Of a stretch of 64,000 bases of DNA, positions 1-9,699 are shown piece after piece. Location of the stretch: assembly GCA_964425305.1 (NCBI GenBank), contig CAYRMQ010000003.1:2162-66161 (forward strand). The letters are read 5' to 3'. The notes beneath the pieces were generated by a model. It saw only the letters and a list, made by a program, of their open reading frames with translations. It did not search any database and was not told where the DNA came from. This DNA is from an uncultured Anaerolineaceae bacterium (GTDB lineage Bacteria; Chloroflexota; Limnocylindria; Limnocylindrales; CSP1-4). The translations under genes and the position numbers were made by a program. Every line of letters begins with the position of its first letter. Position 1 is the first letter of the stretch.

Positions 1-159
1 AGCTGCCGGACGGCGTGGCGCTGCGCAGCCTGGGCGAGCACCGCCTGCGCGGGTTGCCTCACGCCATCGAGTTGCTCCAGGTCCTGGCCACCGGGCTCGA
101 CCGTGACGGGCCGGCGCTTCGCCCGACGTGAGCTGCGCCTGACGTAAGAGGGAAGGAAT

Positions 160-236
160 TGGTCGGGGCGGCCGGATTTGAACCGGCGACCCCAGCGTCC
201 CGAACGCTGTGCGCTACCAGGCTGCGCCACGCCCCG
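160..236 (-). tRNA. tRNA-Pro (anticodon CGG)
   Basis: Reverse complement folds as a canonical cloverleaf: acceptor CGGGGCG/CGCCCCG, D-arm GCGC-AGCCTGGTA-GCGC, anticodon stem CAGCG/CGCTG with loop TTCGGGA (anticodon CGG), T-arm GCCGG-TTCAAAT-CCGGC, discriminator A and encoded CCA. The plus-strand ORF 159..428 ([11 protein letters not shown]...) is a translation artefact of the tRNA. Confidence 0.85.
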
Positions 237-286
237 ACCGAGGATGCCGCGCTGTACGCGGCGGCAAACAAGTATAACGTCGCGGC

Positions 287-1357
287 TCAGTCGACCCTCG
301 TAACGCGAGCCCGCTCGACCTCGTCGACGTGCCGGACACCGAGCAGCGCCATGTCGCCGCGCAGCTCGCCGGCTATGATCTCCAGCGCCCGCGACACGCC
401 CTGCTCGCCGGCGGCTGCCAGCGCGTAGCCGAAGGGACGGCCGATGAAGACGCCGCGCGCGCCGAGCGCCAGCGCGGTCAGCACGTCGACGCCGCGCCGC
501 ACCCCGCCGTCGACGTAGACCTCGGCCCGGCCGTCGACCGCGTCGACGGTCTCGGCCAGCACTTCGGCCGTCGCCGGCGTGCGGTCGAGCTGGCGCCCGC
601 CGTGGTTCGAGACCCATACGCCGGCCGCGCCGTGCTCGATGGCAAGCGCCGCGTCCTCCGGCGAGAGGACGCCCTTGACGACCAGCGGCAGGTCGCTCAG
701 CCGGCGCAGCCACTCGAGATCGCTCCACGACAGCGAGGCGTCGTTGAGCCCGCCGATGACGACGGTCAGCAGGCCGCGGTCGGCGGCTTGGGGCAGCTCG
801 AAGTTGCCGTAGGCCTGCGGGTACGGCAGCCGGTTGCGCACGTCCCGTTCGCGCCGGCCGGCGACCGGGAAGTCGACCGTCACGACGATGGCGCCGTAGC
901 CGGCCGCCGCCGCTCGCCGGACCAGCTCTTCCGAGCGTCGCCGTTGGCGATGGACGTACAGCTGGAACCAGCGCGGGCCGCGCCCCGCCTCGTCGGCCGC
1001 CTGAGCCACCTCCTCGAGGGCGCGGCTGGACATCGTCGAGAGGCAGAAGACGACGCCGGCGCGTGCCGCCGCCCGTGCGCTGGCCAGCTCGGCATCGGGG
1101 TGGGCCAGGTGCTGGAAGGCCATCGGCGCGACACCGACGGGCAGGCGCACGTCGCTGCCCAGCAAACGCGCCGCCGTATCGACCGCCGAGACGTCGACGA
1201 GCACCCGCGGCCGCAGGCGCCAGCGGCGCCAGCCGCGGTCGTTGTCGGCGAGCGTCTCCTCGTCGCCGGCGCCGCCGGCGACGTAGTCGAAGTGGGCCGG
1301 CTCAATGCGCGCGCGGGCGAGCGCCTCGAAGTCGGCCAGCTTGACGGCAGAGTCCAC
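287..1357 (-). CDS. FMN-dependent alpha-hydroxy-acid dehydrogenase/oxidase (L-lactate dehydrogenase / glycolate oxidase family)
   Basis: 356-aa ORF with family-typical TIM-barrel motifs (…SNHGGRQLD…, …[10 protein letters not shown]…, …[10 protein letters not shown]…); GTG start. Confidence 0.85.
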   Translation of the reverse strand: MDSAVKLADFEALARARIEPAHFDYVAGGAGDEETLADNDRGWRRWRLRPRVLVDVSAVDTAARLLGSDVRLPVGVAPMAFQHLAHPDAELASARAAARAGVVFCLSTMSSRALEEVAQAADEAGRGPRWFQLYVHRQRRRSEELVRRAAAAGYGAIVVTVDFPVAGRRERDVRNRLPYPQAYGNFELPQAADRGLLTVVIGGLNDASLSWSDLEWLRRLSDLPLVVKGVLSPEDAALAIEHGAAGVWVSNHGGRQLDRTPATAEVLAETVDAVDGRAEVYVDGGVRRGVDVLTALALGARGVFIGRPFGYALAAAGEQGVSRALEIIAGELRGDMALLGVRHVDEVERARVTRVD

Positions 1358-1742
1358 GCCGAGAGCCTAGCAGCGCCGGAACCGCGGGCCCGACACGCCG
1401 GCGCGCGACGGTCAGGCGAAGGCCGCTCTCGGGCGTGATCGTCTCGCCCGGCGCGCCGACTTCGACGCCGAGGATCGTGTATGCGTCTGGCTGGGTCCTC
1501 ACTTCTCCCCTCCAGTGGATCTGGCAGGGCCCTGCCGGAGCAGCCATGCAGGGCCACGGAGCGCGACGGAGCGGCGGTGGCGGAGCGGCGGTCGGCGAAG
1601 GCGGTGCGCCAGCATCCGGACGCGTCGGCTGCCCGGCACCCAGCCCCTCGCTGCGAGCCGGCGGCTTCCGCCGCCCGGGGTCTAGCGCGCCGACAGCCGG
1701 CGGTGGCGGCGCTGGCGCACGGTCGGTCGCCCGCACGCCGTC

Positions 1743-1803
1743 GGCGTCAGGCCGGCGTCAAGCCGGCGTCAGGCCGGCGTCAGGTCGGCGTCAGGTCGGC
1801 GTC
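1743..1803. repeat. 11-nt tandem repeat (GGCGTCAGGCC-like, about 5.5 units) spanning the stop codon of the MFS gene
   Basis: Directly visible: ggcgtcaggcc ggcgtcaagcc ggcgtcaggcc ggcgtcaggtc ggcgtcaggtc ggcgtc. The minus-strand stop tca at 1791..1793 sits inside unit 5. Confidence 0.55.
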
Positions 1804-3041
1804 GCTCGCGGCCGGATGGGCAGGACGACGAGCGCGGCGACGACGTAGGCGGCGGCCATCAGCGCGAAGGTCAGCGGCAGTCCGGCCGGCTCGCCCAGAG
1901 CGTCGATGACCGAGCCATACAGCGCGACCCACAGCGAGCCGACGCCGAAGGCGAGGGTGAAGTAGGCCGCGAAGGAGGTGTCGCGCAGCTCCGGGCGCGC
2001 GATGTCCGAGAGCAGCGCCTGCAGCTGCGGGCTCTCGACGAAGTTGAAGACGCTCAGCAGCACGATCGCCAGCCACAGCGCCGGCACGTTTGAGCCGGCC
2101 ATGACGAACGCGGCCAGCGCCGCCGCGCCGGCCAGGTAGGCGCCGACGATGACGGGCTTGCGACCGATGCGGTCGGAGACCCAGCCGGCGACGACGGGGC
2201 CGGGCACGCTGCCCACCACGAGGACGGTGTACATTAGTGCGACCGTGCCGACGTCGAGGCCGACGACCACGCTTAGGTAGAGCGGCACGAAGATGTTGAG
2301 GATGCCCAGCCCGCGCCCGCCGCCGCCGATCATCGCCGAGGCGTAGACCAGCAGCAGGTTCCGGTCGCGCAGGATCGCGGCGAAGGCCGAGCGGACGTTG
2401 CCGTAGGCGCGAGCGGCGGCGCGGTCGGCGCCGGTTTCGCGGACCAGCGCCCAGATGGCCAGCGCGATAAGGATCGCCGGCACGCCGAAGAGCACGACCG
2501 TCCAGCGCCAACCCACGCCGGCGATCAGCCACGCTCCGATGAGCGGCACCGCGACGGTGCCCAGGTTGCCGCCGGCGATGTGGGCCGAGATGGCGAAGCC
2601 GCGGCGATGGACCGGGAACTGCTCGGCCAGCAGCCCGTTGCCGACCGGGTGCTGCGGGGAGCCGCCGATGCGCGAGACGACGTTGGCCAGCGAGAAGGCG
2701 CCGAAGCCCCCGGCCAGCGCCTGGGCGGCCATGCCACCGCCGAAGACGATGCCGCCGACGGCGAGGATCGAGCGCCGGCTGAACCAGCGCGTCAGCACGC
2801 TGTAGGCCAGCTGGAACATGCCCGACAGGACGTTGCCGGCCGCAGCCAGGAAGGCGATCGCCGCCGCGCCGATGCCGAACTCGGTCATGATCGCCAGGTA
2901 GACCAGCGGCAGCACCGCCGCCTGGGCGTGGTTGACAGCGTGCGCGGCGCTGAGCAGGAAGAGCGTGCGCGTGGGCCGGACGACGACGTCTGCGGATGTC
3001 GCTGCGGACGAGCGTGATCTGAGCGGGATGGCGAGGCGCAT
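1791..3041 (-). CDS. MFS transporter
   Basis: Multi-TM, glycine-rich MFS-like sequence (…GGGMAAQALAGGFGAFSLANVVSRIGG…, …DRIGRKPVIVGAYL…). The ORF-track version 1791..3578 carries an implausible non-membrane N-terminal extension, so I use the in-frame ATG at 3041 that precedes the first TM. Divergent from the SDR gene at 3099. Confidence 0.75.
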   Translation of the reverse strand: MRLAIPLRSRSSAATSADVVVRPTRTLFLLSAAHAVNHAQAAVLPLVYLAIMTEFGIGAAAIAFLAAAGNVLSGMFQLAYSVLTRWFSRRSILAVGGIVFGGGMAAQALAGGFGAFSLANVVSRIGGSPQHPVGNGLLAEQFPVHRRGFAISAHIAGGNLGTVAVPLIGAWLIAGVGWRWTVVLFGVPAILIALAIWALVRETGADRAAARAYGNVRSAFAAILRDRNLLLVYASAMIGGGGRGLGILNIFVPLYLSVVVGLDVGTVALMYTVLVVGSVPGPVVAGWVSDRIGRKPVIVGAYLAGAAALAAFVMAGSNVPALWLAIVLLSVFNFVESPQLQALLSDIARPELRDTSFAAYFTLAFGVGSLWVALYGSVIDALGEPAGLPLTFALMAAAYVVAALVVLPIRPRATPT

Positions 3042-3098
3042 GGACTCGCGGCAGCGTAGCAGCGTCGGCCGCGCGGGCAGGCCGACGCCGGTAATACC

Positions 3099-3968
3099 AT
3101 GCCGCGCATGACGGAGGAAGGAAACGTGAACGAGACGACCACGGACAGCCGCGAGCGGTGGGCCCTCATCCTTGGCGCAAGCAGCGGCTTCGGCGCCGCC
3201 GCGGCCCGCGCGCTGGCCCGTGTCGGCTACCCCATCATCGGCGTCCATCTCGACCTGCGCGCGACGAGGGCGCAGGCCGAGGCCGTCCGCGACGAGATCG
3301 CGGCAACCGGCGTGCCGGTCGTCTTCCACAACGTCAACGCCGCCGACGAGGAGAAGCGGCGCCAGGTCGTCGAGGCGACGAAGGCGCTGTTCGAGGAGCG
3401 CCGCGCGGCCGGCGCCGAGCCGTTCGTCGCCGTCTTCCTGCACTCGCTCGCCTTCGGCACGACGCTCTCCTACATCACGACCGATCCGGAGGAGCGCGAG
3501 GTCAGCCAGAAGCAGCTCGAGATGACGGCCGACGTGATGGCCCACTCGATGGTCTACTGGGTGCACGACCTGTTTCACGCCGGGCTGCTGGCCAACGGCA
3601 GCCGGCTCTTCGCGATGACCAGCGAGGGCGCCGTGCGCGTGGTCCCGACCTATGGCCCGGTCAGCGCGGCGAAGGCGGCGCTCGAGTCACACTGCCGCCA
3701 GCTCGCCCTCGAGCTGATGCCCCACGGCATCACCGTCAACGCCATCCGTGCCGGCGTCACAGACACGCCAGCGCTGCGCCGCATCCCCGGCCACCAGGGC
3801 CTGATCGACGCGGCCACCTCGCGCAATCCCGCCGGTCGGATGACGCGGCCCGAGGACGTCGGCGAGGCGCTCGTCGCGCTCGCCTCGCCGCGGTTGTACT
3901 GGATGACCGGCAACACCATCGGCGTCGACGGCGGCGAGATGATGGGCGCGCGCCGGCCGGAGGACTAG
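3099..3968 (+). CDS. SDR-family NAD(P)-dependent oxidoreductase (enoyl-reductase-like)
   Basis: N-terminal Rossmann motif GASSGFGAAAA and catalytic YGPVSAAKAAL (YxxxK); 289 aa. Confidence 0.8.
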   Translation: MPRMTEEGNVNETTTDSRERWALILGASSGFGAAAARALARVGYPIIGVHLDLRATRAQAEAVRDEIAATGVPVVFHNVNAADEEKRRQVVEATKALFEERRAAGAEPFVAVFLHSLAFGTTLSYITTDPEEREVSQKQLEMTADVMAHSMVYWVHDLFHAGLLANGSRLFAMTSEGAVRVVPTYGPVSAAKAALESHCRQLALELMPHGITVNAIRAGVTDTPALRRIPGHQGLIDAATSRNPAGRMTRPEDVGEALVALASPRLYWMTGNTIGVDGGEMMGARRPED

Positions 3969-4032
3969 AGAGGCGCCTCCCCGCCCGCCGGAGAAGGTGC
4001 CGCGGGGGCCGCCATGTGCCGGGCGCTTCTGG

Positions 4033-4192
4033 TTGGCGGGTGCCGGGTGCCCCTTCGTTGGCGGGTGCCGGGTGCCCCTTCGTTGCTGGGTGTCGGGGCG
4101 CCTCTTCGTCCGGCGGGGTCGGGCCGCCTCTCGTCCGGCGGGTGTCGGGCCGCCTCTCGTTGCTGGGTGTCGGGGCGCCTCTCGTTGCTGTC
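4033..4192. repeat. Imperfect tandem array of six 25-26 bp units (consensus about TTGGCGGGTGCCGGGTGCCCCTTCG) in the SDR/hydrolase intergenic region
   Basis: Units at about 4033, 4058, 4083, 4109, 4134 and 4160 plus a partial seventh; the first two are identical and later ones diverge. ORFs 3997..4281 and 4014..4982 merely translate the repeats. Confidence 0.6.
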
Positions 4193-4367
4193 AAAAGCGC
4201 CGAGACGGGCACACGAGGACCGGAGATTGCCCGCTCAGACCGTGCCTTTGCCCTCGCATGTGCGCTCCGTTGCACATCTGAGGGTAGGGTGGCCCGGGTT
4301 GGCGGTCGTGATGTGCCCGTGGACGCACTTCTGGCGGGAATTGCCGGTGGCGCGAGCGAGGTCTGGG

Positions 4368-4967
4368 CTACTGCTCCAGCCGCCCGGCGAAGTCGCGCAG
4401 CACCTCGACGTAGCGGCGCAGCGCGTCGAGCGACCTCGAGGCGTCACCCGGATAGGCGAGCGAATGGTCGGCGCCGTCGATCTCGAGCACCTCGCCGTGC
4501 GCGACCGAGCGCGCCACGTCGCTGTCCCACGCCGGGTCCGCGCTGCCGCCGACGAGCAGCGCGGGCATCGCCGAACGGCGGATGGCCTCGACGACGGCTG
4601 CTGCGGCCGGCCAGCGCCGGACGTTGATCAGCGGCGTGAGCCAGATGGCGGGCAGGCCACGCTCGGCGGCCAGCGGCGCGGCGAGGCTGGAGATCGACTT
4701 GCCGACGATCAGCGGACGGGTGCCCTTGCCCAGGTAGTCGAGCGCGGCGAGCGCGCGCTGCTCGACCCACGTCCGCGGTTCGGCGCCGCCGCCAAACGAG
4801 TCGCGCACAGCGACTACCGAGCGGCCGCTCGCGTTGAGGACGTCGCGCGTGAACCACAGCAGCGGCCCCTCGACCGGATAGCCGGCGCCGGGCAGCAGGA
4901 CGGCCGTGGCGGCACCGCTGCCCTCGAAGAAGTAGGCCGGGCAGATGCCCAGGTCAACCTGCTCCAT
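4368..4967 (-). CDS. alpha/beta-hydrolase fold protein (dienelactone-hydrolase-like)
   Basis: 199 aa with nucleophile-elbow-like GKSIS and a C-terminal Asp/His region. Confidence 0.65.
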   Translation of the reverse strand: MEQVDLGICPAYFFEGSGAATAVLLPGAGYPVEGPLLWFTRDVLNASGRSVVAVRDSFGGGAEPRTWVEQRALAALDYLGKGTRPLIVGKSISSLAAPLAAERGLPAIWLTPLINVRRWPAAAAVVEAIRRSAMPALLVGGSADPAWDSDVARSVAHGEVLEIDGADHSLAYPGDASRSLDALRRYVEVLRDFAGRLEQ

Positions 4968-4982
4968 CGCCCACGACGGTAG

Positions 4983-7592
4983 CTATGGCGTCAAGCTCAG
5001 GCTGTACCAGCGCGCGGCCTCGACCGCCTCGCGCGTGAACGGCAGCGGCAGCGGCGCGTTGCCCAGCCAGCGCTCGATGAGGTCCTCGTAGTGAGCGTCG
5101 AAGGGCAGCCCGGACTGGCCGGTGGCATGCAGGATCGTCGCGCCGTCGAGGTCGCTCATCTCGATGACCAATCGGTAGGACGGGTGGCTGGTGGCGGCGA
5201 AGACCCGGCGCAGGTCTGCCGGGCCATCGTCGGCGGCGGGGTACTCGCGGGTGATCGGCCCGCAGATCTTGTTGACGATCGTGCACGAGCCGGGTGCCGC
5301 GAACGGGCCGCGGTTGAAGATTGCCTCCAGCGGACCGATACCCGAGCGACCGAAGGTCTCCTCGGTGAGCGTCACGGTGTGGATCCGCCCCCAGCTCCAG
5401 TTGGGCGGGTCGCCGAGCGTGTGGCGCAGGTCGGCGCCCGCCTCGTCGAGGGCGCGCGCGATGATCGCGTCACGGTCCTCGCGCACGGCCGTCGTCGTGT
5501 CGTCCCACCAGCCGTTGTCGGGTTGGGCGAGCAGGCGGACGACTGCCTCGTGCGACGGCTCGCTGCCGACGTACCATCGGATGAGAGTTCCCGGGCCATC
5601 CCGCTCGGCCAGCTCGTCGTCGAAAACGCCGCGCAGCAGCCGGTAGGTGAAGGACTCGTAGGCGGCACAGCCGATGGAGGCCACGCCGCAGCGCAGGTCG
5701 GTCCGCCAGTCGCGGATGCGGTCGCGGACGAGACGACCGTCGGCCGTCTCGGGCGACGCGCCGGCGACCGCCTCGATGACCGGGCGCGCGCGGGTCAGCG
5801 CGACGTCGGCCTGCATCGTCCGCAGTTCGTCGGCCGTCACCGGCGCAAGCTGCTCGAGCAGCTCGAGGGCACGCTCGGCGCGGTAACCCGGGTCCCAGTC
5901 GCGGCCGAGGTGATGCCCGTAGCCGGCGTCGGTGGGCGCGTTGTTGGCCGTCACGATGAGGCCGCTGGGCGGGTCGAGGACAGACGGCAGCTCGTCGAAG
6001 GCGACCCAGCCGGTCCAGTCATGGCTGCCGTCCTCACCGGGTGAGGGCACCGACCCGTCGCCCGCCGCGCGCAGCGGGATCCGGCCGGGGACCTGCAGGC
6101 CGATGTGGCCGTCGACGTCGGCGTAGAGGAACGCCTGCGAGGGCGCCACGAAGTCGCGCAGGGCGTTGCGGAACTCGGTCCAGTTGGCGGCTCGGTTGAC
6201 GCCAAGCACGGCGTCGAAGGTCCGGTCGGGCTCCATGATCGACGGCCAGGCGAGGGCGTAGGCGTGGCCGGCGCGGCCGAGTCCCTCGCCGCCGGCATCC
6301 CGCTCGCGCAGCTCGCCGGCGACGTCGCTGAGCAGCGGCCCGTGCACGCTGCGCCGGATGGTGACCGTCTCCTCCTCACCGCCGGCGATACGGATGGTTT
6401 CGTCGCGCACGTCGAACGGAACGCTGCGACCACGGTGGAGGTAGTGGCCGGCGCGCCGCGGGTCGAGCGTCTCCTCGAACAGGTCCTGAACGTCCGGGCC
6501 GAGGTTGGTCAGGCCCCAAGCGATGCGTGCGTTGTGCCCGAGGACGATGCCCGGCACGCCGGGGAAGCCGGCGCCGACCACGTCGTACGGACACTCGCGG
6601 CCGACCGGCTCGCAGTGCAGGCCGACGAGGTACCAGAGAGATGGGATCGACATGCCGAGATGCGGATCGTTGGCCAGCAGCGCAGCCCCCGTCGCCGACC
6701 GCGCCGGCGCCACCGCCCAGCCGTTCGACCCGAGCCCCGCCGCGTCGAGGCCTGCCCCGGCGGCGGGATCGAGCCGCGCCAGCAGCCGCTCGTTCAGCTC
6801 GAGCAGCGGAAGGAGCGCATCGCCGCCTGTGGCGGCCGGCGGCGACGCTCGCCGGCCGGGCGCCGGCCGCGCCAGCTCGCTCGTGCCCACGATGATCGGT
6901 CGCCCCGCATCGTAGTCGGGCAGCAGCTCGGCGATGGCCGCCTCGGACAGGCCGCGCTCGGCCAGCGCCGAGCGGAACACCTCCGCGCTCCACGTCCCGC
7001 CGAGCGACCAGGCCATGACCTTGACCCAGGTGAGGCTGTCGACGGCCGTCCACGGCTCGGGCCGGTAGCCGGCGAGGCCGCCGCCGGCGCCGAGCAGGCC
7101 GGCGACGACGAACTGCAGCGGCAGGTCGCCGTGCTGGTCCAGCCAGGCGTTGACCCCCTCGGCGTATGCCTCGAGGGCGAGGCGGGCAGGAGGTGACATG
7201 GCCGACACGTCGGCCTCGGCGGCAGGGCGCCAGCCGAGGGTGCGGATGAAGCGGTCCGTCTCGACCTCGCTGGCGCCGAAGATCTCGGCCAAACGGCCGG
7301 CCCCGACGCGGCGCCAGACCTCCATCTGCCACATCCGCTCGCTGGCGTGGACGTAGCCCTGGGCGGCGAACAGGTCACGCGCGGAGGCGGCGTAGACGTG
7401 CGCCACGCCGGCCGAGTCGCGCATCACCGTCACCTCGGCGGCGAGGCCTGGCAGGCGCACCGTGCCGTCGCGCTCCGGGAAGCTGCGCACGATGATCCAG
7501 CCGAGCAGCCCGCCGCCTACCAGTGCCGCGATCAAGAGCACGATCAGCGCGGTGCTGAGCAGGCTCTGTAGCGCACCGAACAGCCGGCTCAC
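4983..7592 (-). CDS. penicillin-acylase family Ntn-hydrolase (penicillin amidase / acyl-homoserine-lactone acylase-like), N-terminal TM/signal
   Basis: 869 aa. The autoproteolytic beta-subunit N-terminus GLGSNGWAV (Ser-Asn-x-Trp) and family-typical spacing are present; N-terminal hydrophobic segment. Confidence 0.85.
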   Translation of the reverse strand: MSRLFGALQSLLSTALIVLLIAALVGGGLLGWIIVRSFPERDGTVRLPGLAAEVTVMRDSAGVAHVYAASARDLFAAQGYVHASERMWQMEVWRRVGAGRLAEIFGASEVETDRFIRTLGWRPAAEADVSAMSPPARLALEAYAEGVNAWLDQHGDLPLQFVVAGLLGAGGGLAGYRPEPWTAVDSLTWVKVMAWSLGGTWSAEVFRSALAERGLSEAAIAELLPDYDAGRPIIVGTSELARPAPGRRASPPAATGGDALLPLLELNERLLARLDPAAGAGLDAAGLGSNGWAVAPARSATGAALLANDPHLGMSIPSLWYLVGLHCEPVGRECPYDVVGAGFPGVPGIVLGHNARIAWGLTNLGPDVQDLFEETLDPRRAGHYLHRGRSVPFDVRDETIRIAGGEEETVTIRRSVHGPLLSDVAGELRERDAGGEGLGRAGHAYALAWPSIMEPDRTFDAVLGVNRAANWTEFRNALRDFVAPSQAFLYADVDGHIGLQVPGRIPLRAAGDGSVPSPGEDGSHDWTGWVAFDELPSVLDPPSGLIVTANNAPTDAGYGHHLGRDWDPGYRAERALELLEQLAPVTADELRTMQADVALTRARPVIEAVAGASPETADGRLVRDRIRDWRTDLRCGVASIGCAAYESFTYRLLRGVFDDELAERDGPGTLIRWYVGSEPSHEAVVRLLAQPDNGWWDDTTTAVREDRDAIIARALDEAGADLRHTLGDPPNWSWGRIHTVTLTEETFGRSGIGPLEAIFNRGPFAAPGSCTIVNKICGPITREYPAADDGPADLRRVFAATSHPSYRLVIEMSDLDGATILHATGQSGLPFDAHYEDLIERWLGNAPLPLPFTREAVEAARWYSLSLTP

Positions 7593-8167
7593 GCGACCGC
7601 GTCCGGGTAGCGGAAGCAGCCGGGCAGGTGGTCGTCGACGAGCCCGACGGTCTGCATGAAGGCGTAGACGATCGTCGAGCCGACGAAGCTGAAGCCACGC
7701 CGGCGGAGGTCATGCGACAGCGCGTCCGAGACGGGCGTCCTTGCCGGCACATCGGCCAGCGTCGTGCCTGCCGGCAGCGGCGTCGCCGCCGGCACGCGGG
7801 CGGCCAAATAGCCGCTGAACGATCCGTCGGCCGCGATCAGCCCGAGGAGAGCGCGCGCGTTGCCGATCGTGGCGTCGATCTTGGCCCGGTTGCGGACGAT
7901 GCCGGCGTCGGCCAGCAGGCGCGCCCGGTCGGCGTCGTCGAAGGCGGCGACCGCGGCCGGGTCGAAGTCGCGGAAGGCGCGCCCGAAGTTGTCGCGCTTG
8001 CGCAGGATGGTCAGCCAGGCAAGGCCGGCCTGGAAGCCCTCCAGCGCCAGCATCTCGAAGAGCTGCCGGTCGTCGTCGACGGGGACGCCCCACTCGGCGT
8101 CGTGGTACGCCGCCAGCAACGGGTCACCGTTTGCCCACGAGCAGCGCGGCCGATCCGCCACGGTCAC
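7589..8167 (-). CDS. tag: DNA-3-methyladenine glycosylase I
   Basis: Tag domain motifs (…AYHDAEWGVP…, …LEGFQAGLAWLTIL…). The ORF-track N-terminal extension (7589..8452) would overlap glnA, so I use the in-frame GTG at 8167; overlaps the acylase start by 4 nt. Confidence 0.8.
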   Translation of the reverse strand: MTVADRPRCSWANGDPLLAAYHDAEWGVPVDDDRQLFEMLALEGFQAGLAWLTILRKRDNFGRAFRDFDPAAVAAFDDADRARLLADAGIVRNRAKIDATIGNARALLGLIAADGSFSGYLAARVPAATPLPAGTTLADVPARTPVSDALSHDLRRRGFSFVGSTIVYAFMQTVGLVDDHLPGCFRYPDAVA

Positions 8168-8243
8168 GGCGGTGAAGATACAGAAACGAAGGGCGGCCGG
8201 CGAGCCGGCCGCCCATTCGAGTTCCCTTCGTACCGCGTAGGGA

Positions 8244-9632
8244 TCAGAACGCCTCGAGGTAGCGCTCCACCTCCCACGTCGTGACCTGCGTGCGGTACTC
8301 GTCCCACTCCTGCCGCTTGGCCTCGATGAAGTGCGACAGGACGTGGTCGCCGAGCGCCTCGCCGATGACCTCGTCGCGCTCGAGCTCGTCGATCGCCTCG
8401 CCGAGCGTGCCGGGCAGCTCGCGGATGCCGCGCTCGCGGATGCGGTCGGCATCCATCGCGTAGAGGCTCTCCTCCACCGGCTCCTCCAGCGTCAGGCCCT
8501 TCTCGACGCCGTCGAGGCCGGCGGCGAGCATCGCCGCGAAGGCGAGGTAGGTGTTCGACGAGGGATCCGGGCAGCGCACCTCGATACGCGTCGCCTCGAT
8601 GCTGCGCCCGGGCGAGGCCTTCGGCACGCGGATCAACGCCGAGCGGTTGGTCCGGCCCCACGTCAGGTAGGTCGGGGCCTCGTAGCCCGGCACCAGCCGC
8701 TTGTAGCTGTTTACCAGCGGCGCCAGCACGGCGATCATGCCACGGGCGTGGGCGAGGATGCCGGCCATGTAGCTGCGCGCCAGGTCGGAGAGGCCGTACT
8801 GGTTCGTCTCGTCGGCGAAGGCGTTGCGCTCCTCGGCGATCGAGAAGAGGCTCTGGTGGGTATGCATGCCCGAGCCGTTGATGCCGAAAATCGGCTTGGG
8901 CATGAACGTGGCGTACAGCCCATGCAGCTGGGCGATCGCCTTCAGCGTGAACTTGAAGGTGATCGCGTTGTCGGCCGTGCGCAATCCGTCGGCGTACTGG
9001 AAGTCGATCTCGTGCTGGCCCGGCGCGACCTCGTGGTGGGCGGCCTCGACGCGGATGCCGAACGACTCGAGGGCGTTGACCATGTCCTGGCGCACTTCCT
9101 GCGCCAGGTCAGTCGAGAAGTCGAAGTAGCCGGCCTGGTCGTGGGGCAGCGGCTGGATTTCGCCGTCGGCCGTCCGCCGGAAGAGGAAGAACTCCAGCTC
9201 GGGGCCGGTGTTCCAGACGTAGCCCAGCTTGCGTGCGCGCTCCATCTGGCGCTTAAGCACGAAGCGCGGGTCGCCCGGGAAGGGCTCACCCTTCGGCGTG
9301 TAGACGTCGCAGATGACGCGGGCCGTGCCGCGGCTGCCCAGCGGGCCCCCGCCAAGGTTGCCGTGGCCGGGCTGCCACGGGATTTCGGCGAAGGTGTCCA
9401 TGTCCGGCTTCAGGTACTGGTCGCTCTCGGCGATGCGCGTGAAGCCCTCGACCGAGCTGCCGTCGAACCACGTGCCGTGCTCGACCGAATCGGCGAGCTG
9501 GTGAAGCGGGATGGTGACGCTCTTGACGGACCCGATGATGTCGGTGAACTGGAGCTGGACGAAGCGGATGTTGTGCTCCTTGGCCGCCTCGATCTTCTCC
9601 AGGGCGCTCTTCTCGCCGAGCTCCATGACCAT
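8244..9632 (-). CDS. glnA: glutamine synthetase type I
   Basis: Full-length GSI homology including …KPIFGINGSGMHTHQS… and …NSYKRLVPGYEAP…. The start is taken at the ATG preceded by GGAGGAAG (MVMELGEK…). Confidence 0.9.
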   Translation of the reverse strand: MVMELGEKSALEKIEAAKEHNIRFVQLQFTDIIGSVKSVTIPLHQLADSVEHGTWFDGSSVEGFTRIAESDQYLKPDMDTFAEIPWQPGHGNLGGGPLGSRGTARVICDVYTPKGEPFPGDPRFVLKRQMERARKLGYVWNTGPELEFFLFRRTADGEIQPLPHDQAGYFDFSTDLAQEVRQDMVNALESFGIRVEAAHHEVAPGQHEIDFQYADGLRTADNAITFKFTLKAIAQLHGLYATFMPKPIFGINGSGMHTHQSLFSIAEERNAFADETNQYGLSDLARSYMAGILAHARGMIAVLAPLVNSYKRLVPGYEAPTYLTWGRTNRSALIRVPKASPGRSIEATRIEVRCPDPSSNTYLAFAAMLAAGLDGVEKGLTLEEPVEESLYAMDADRIRERGIRELPGTLGEAIDELERDEVIGEALGDHVLSHFIEAKRQEWDEYRTQVTTWEVERYLEAF

Positions 9633-9699
9633 TGGCTGCTTCCTCCGTGCGTGCGCGCCGGGCTCCCTCATTTTGGGCCTGGCGCACGACGAATGGAGT

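Noticed and set aside
159-428. Plus-strand ORFs beginning [11 protein letters not shown]… at 159..428 and 23698..23907
   Set aside because: They are translations across the two tRNA-Pro genes (the peptide is the acceptor/T-arm read as codons); not coding
1358-1742. A missed gene in the roughly 380-bp gap between the oxidase start and the MFS stop
   Set aside because: Only Arg/Pro-rich ORFs (1302..1736, 1435..1848, 1481..1909) with no motifs; treated as a long 5' leader/intergenic region, possibly containing an unrecognised RNA element
880-1909. Numerous Arg/Pro/Ala-rich ORFs on the opposite strand or in alternative frames of real genes (e.g. 880..1557, 1063..1344, 3158..4627, 6376..7332, 9734..10432, 10581..11363, 36681..37808, 58062..58688 and many more)
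   Set aside because: Typical high-GC frame artefacts: low-complexity R/P/A/G composition, no motifs, fully overlapped by a convincingly homologous gene in another frame
4033-4192. CRISPR array hypothesis for the 25-bp repeats (and for the 39-bp repeats at 23436..23545)
   Set aside because: Repeats abut each other with no unique spacers (4033..4192) or occur only twice (23436..23545). There are no cas genes; the units degenerate along the array
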